Assembly (NCBI RefSeq): GCF_000018105.1
Contig: NC_009925.1
Coordinates: 3,510,001-3,542,000 of the forward strand
Length of the DNA: 32,000 bases
Origin: Acaryochloris marina MBIC11017
GTDB lineage: Bacteria; Cyanobacteriota; Cyanobacteriia; Thermosynechococcales; Thermosynechococcaceae
Direction of reading: 5' to 3'
Part shown: positions 30,704 through 32,000 of the stretch, piece after piece
Layout of the letters: each line of letters opens with the position of its first letter
Position numbering within the stretch: position 1 is the stretch's first letter
Notes under the pieces: model-generated
What the model saw: the letters and a program-made list of their open reading frames with translations, nothing else
What the model was told of the DNA's origin: nothing
The model's database searches: none
Made by a program: the position numbers and the translations under genes

Positions 30704-32000
30704 ATGCTCAATCGACGACAGTTTTTGTTGACGGTGGGGGCAGTTATGGGTCTTGTCGTTCTCAGGGATCAGTCGCCCCCGATCTTGGCTCAGCCCCAAT
30801 TTTCTGCCTATCCCTTTAGCCTAGGCGTTGCCTCCGGCGATCCTCGACCCGATAGCGTTGTCCTCTGGACACGGTTAGCCCCTAACCCTTTATCGGGGCA
30901 ACCTATGCCTGCGGTTGCTATTCCTGTTCAGTGGCAGATTGCAACGGATGCCCAGATGACCGAGGTGATTCAACAGGGAACGACCCAGGCTACGCCACAA
31001 TGGGGACATTCCGTTCATGTGGTGGCAGACAATTTGTCTCCAAGCCAGTGGTATTGGTATCAATTCCAAGTGGGGTCAGAAACAAGCCCGATTGGTCGAA
31101 CTCGAACCCTGCCGGCCTTGGACACAGACCCTGAGCAGTTAAAGTTTGCGTTTGTGTCTTGCCAGCATTACGAAAAGGGATACTTCACGGCCTATCAACA
31201 TCTCGTTCAAGAAGATTTAGATCTGGTCTTTCACTTGGGGGACTATATCTATGAAGGCGGTCCTCACAAAGGGCGGCCCAGACAACATATAGGGCCTAAC
31301 CCCATCGATCTAGAGACGTATCGTCTACGTTATGCCCTGTACAAAAACGACCCCCAATTGCAGGCCGCCCATGCAGCATTTCCCTTTATCTGCATTTGGG
31401 ATGACCATGAAGTCGATGAAGACTATGCCCAAGACCAGTCCCAAAACTATGATGACCCTAATGTCTTTCGCAAACGTCGATGGGCAGCCTATCAAGCCTA
31501 TTATGAGCATCTGCCGTTACGGCCCACTGCTCAGCCTCAAAACGGCCAAGTCCAACTGTTTCGTCGCTTCCAGTTTGGCCAATTAGCTGAGTTTCATTGC
31601 TTAGATAACCGCCAGTATCGGGACGATCAACCTTGCGCCACTGAGGGAATAGGAGGAGGCGCGATAGTCTCAGCCTGCCAAGACCGTTTAGCGGCTGACC
31701 ATTCCATGCTGGGTAAACCACAAGAGGCTTGGCTGATCCAGGGGCTACAAAACTCTTCCGCTCATTGGCAGGTGATTGCCCAACAACAGCTGATGGCAGA
31801 ACTGAAGTTTGGTCTGGAAACAGTATCTGGGTATTGGACAGATGGCTGGGATGGCTATGCCGCCTCACGCCAACGCATCTTGGATGTTGTTGAGCAACGC
31901 CCCCTGAAAAATGTGGTTGTGATTGGGGGAGACATTCATGCTTTTGGGGTTGCAGATCTAAAGACAAATTTTCAGGATCCTCAGTCCCCTATCATTGGGA
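30704..32000 (+). CDS. phoD: Alkaline phosphatase D (PhoD family), Tat-exported; 3' end beyond the window
   Basis: Not in the ORF track because no stop is reached. My own translation from ATG 30704 is open to the window end. MLNRRQFLLTVGA (Tat motif), FSLGVASGDPRPDSVVLWTRL, FAFVSCQHYEKGYF, HLGDYIYE, ICIWDDHEVDEDY and GWDGY are PhoD hallmarks. Confidence 0.85.
   Translation, partial: MLNRRQFLLTVGAVMGLVVLRDQSPPILAQPQFSAYPFSLGVASGDPRPDSVVLWTRLAPNPLSGQPMPAVAIPVQWQIATDAQMTEVIQQGTTQATPQWGHSVHVVADNLSPSQWYWYQFQVGSETSPIGRTRTLPALDTDPEQLKFAFVSCQHYEKGYFTAYQHLVQEDLDLVFHLGDYIYEGGPHKGRPRQHIGPNPIDLETYRLRYALYKNDPQLQAAHAAFPFICIWDDHEVDEDYAQDQSQNYDDPNVFRKRRWAAYQAYYEHLPLRPTAQPQNGQVQLFRRFQFGQLAEFHCLDNRQYRDDQPCATEGIGGGAIVSACQDRLAADHSMLGKPQEAWLIQGLQNSSAHWQVIAQQQLMAELKFGLETVSGYWTDGWDGYAASRQRILDVVEQRPLKNVVVIGGDIHAFGVADLKTNFQDPQSPIIG

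Noticed and set aside
31458-31967. 169-aa minus-strand ORF, and plus-strand ORFs 30931..31134 and 31332..31586
   Set aside because: They overlap the open PhoD reading frame (30704 onward), which carries multiple PhoD hallmark motifs.
1-32000. tRNA, rRNA, riboswitch and CRISPR scan by eye
   Set aside because: I recognised no cloverleaf-compatible segment, no rRNA-like conserved block and no repeat-spacer array. A tRNAscan/Infernal run would be needed to exclude small RNAs.

Overview
This 32-kb chromosomal window reads as cyanobacterial. It has nine copies of the HIP1 octamer GCGATCGC, a DUF2949/DUF1816 small-gene pair, a pstSCAB operon and a giant orthocaspase-WD40 gene. Contents from left to right: (1) An apparently intact IS1-family element (441-1236; 23-bp IRs, 8-bp TSD) splits a 149-codon membrane-protein gene. 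(2) A cytoplasmic phosphorelay cluster holds a 4-TM protein, a REC-wHTH-HPt-REC-REC-degenerate-GGDEF regulator, a PAS-GAF-PAS-PAS histidine kinase and a CheY-like receiver. (3) An AI-2E-family transporter and four small genes follow. (4) A 1.29-kb AT-rich islet, bracketed by an 11-bp perfect direct repeat, carries one divergent uracil-DNA-glycosylase-superfamily gene. (5) pstS-pstC-pstA-pstB on the minus strand. (6) A 155-bp palindromic MITE-like element. (7) An ArsR-family regulator lies divergent from a DEDDh exonuclease plus 7-TM protein pair. (8) An LRR protein with at least 21 repeats is convergent with (9). (9) An ankyrin/Kelch-like protein starts 33 bp downstream of (10). (10) A 1709-aa protein combines orthocaspase, pseudocaspase, STAND P-loop NTPase, a TM helix and 14 WD40 repeats. 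(11) A CxxCH heme-sensor (Tll0287/DUF3365-like) GGDEF cyclase. (12) A Tat-exported neutral ceramidase. (13) The 5' part of a Tat-exported PhoD. No rRNA, tRNA or CRISPR array was seen. There are two best candidates for an undescribed system. One is the caspase-STAND-WD40 plus ankyrin operon, an NLR-like death or defence module with no recognisable gasdermin-type effector. The other is the cassette-like UDG-superfamily gene with Asp at the base-specificity position. All family calls come from motif recognition by eye on the supplied translations, and no database search was run.
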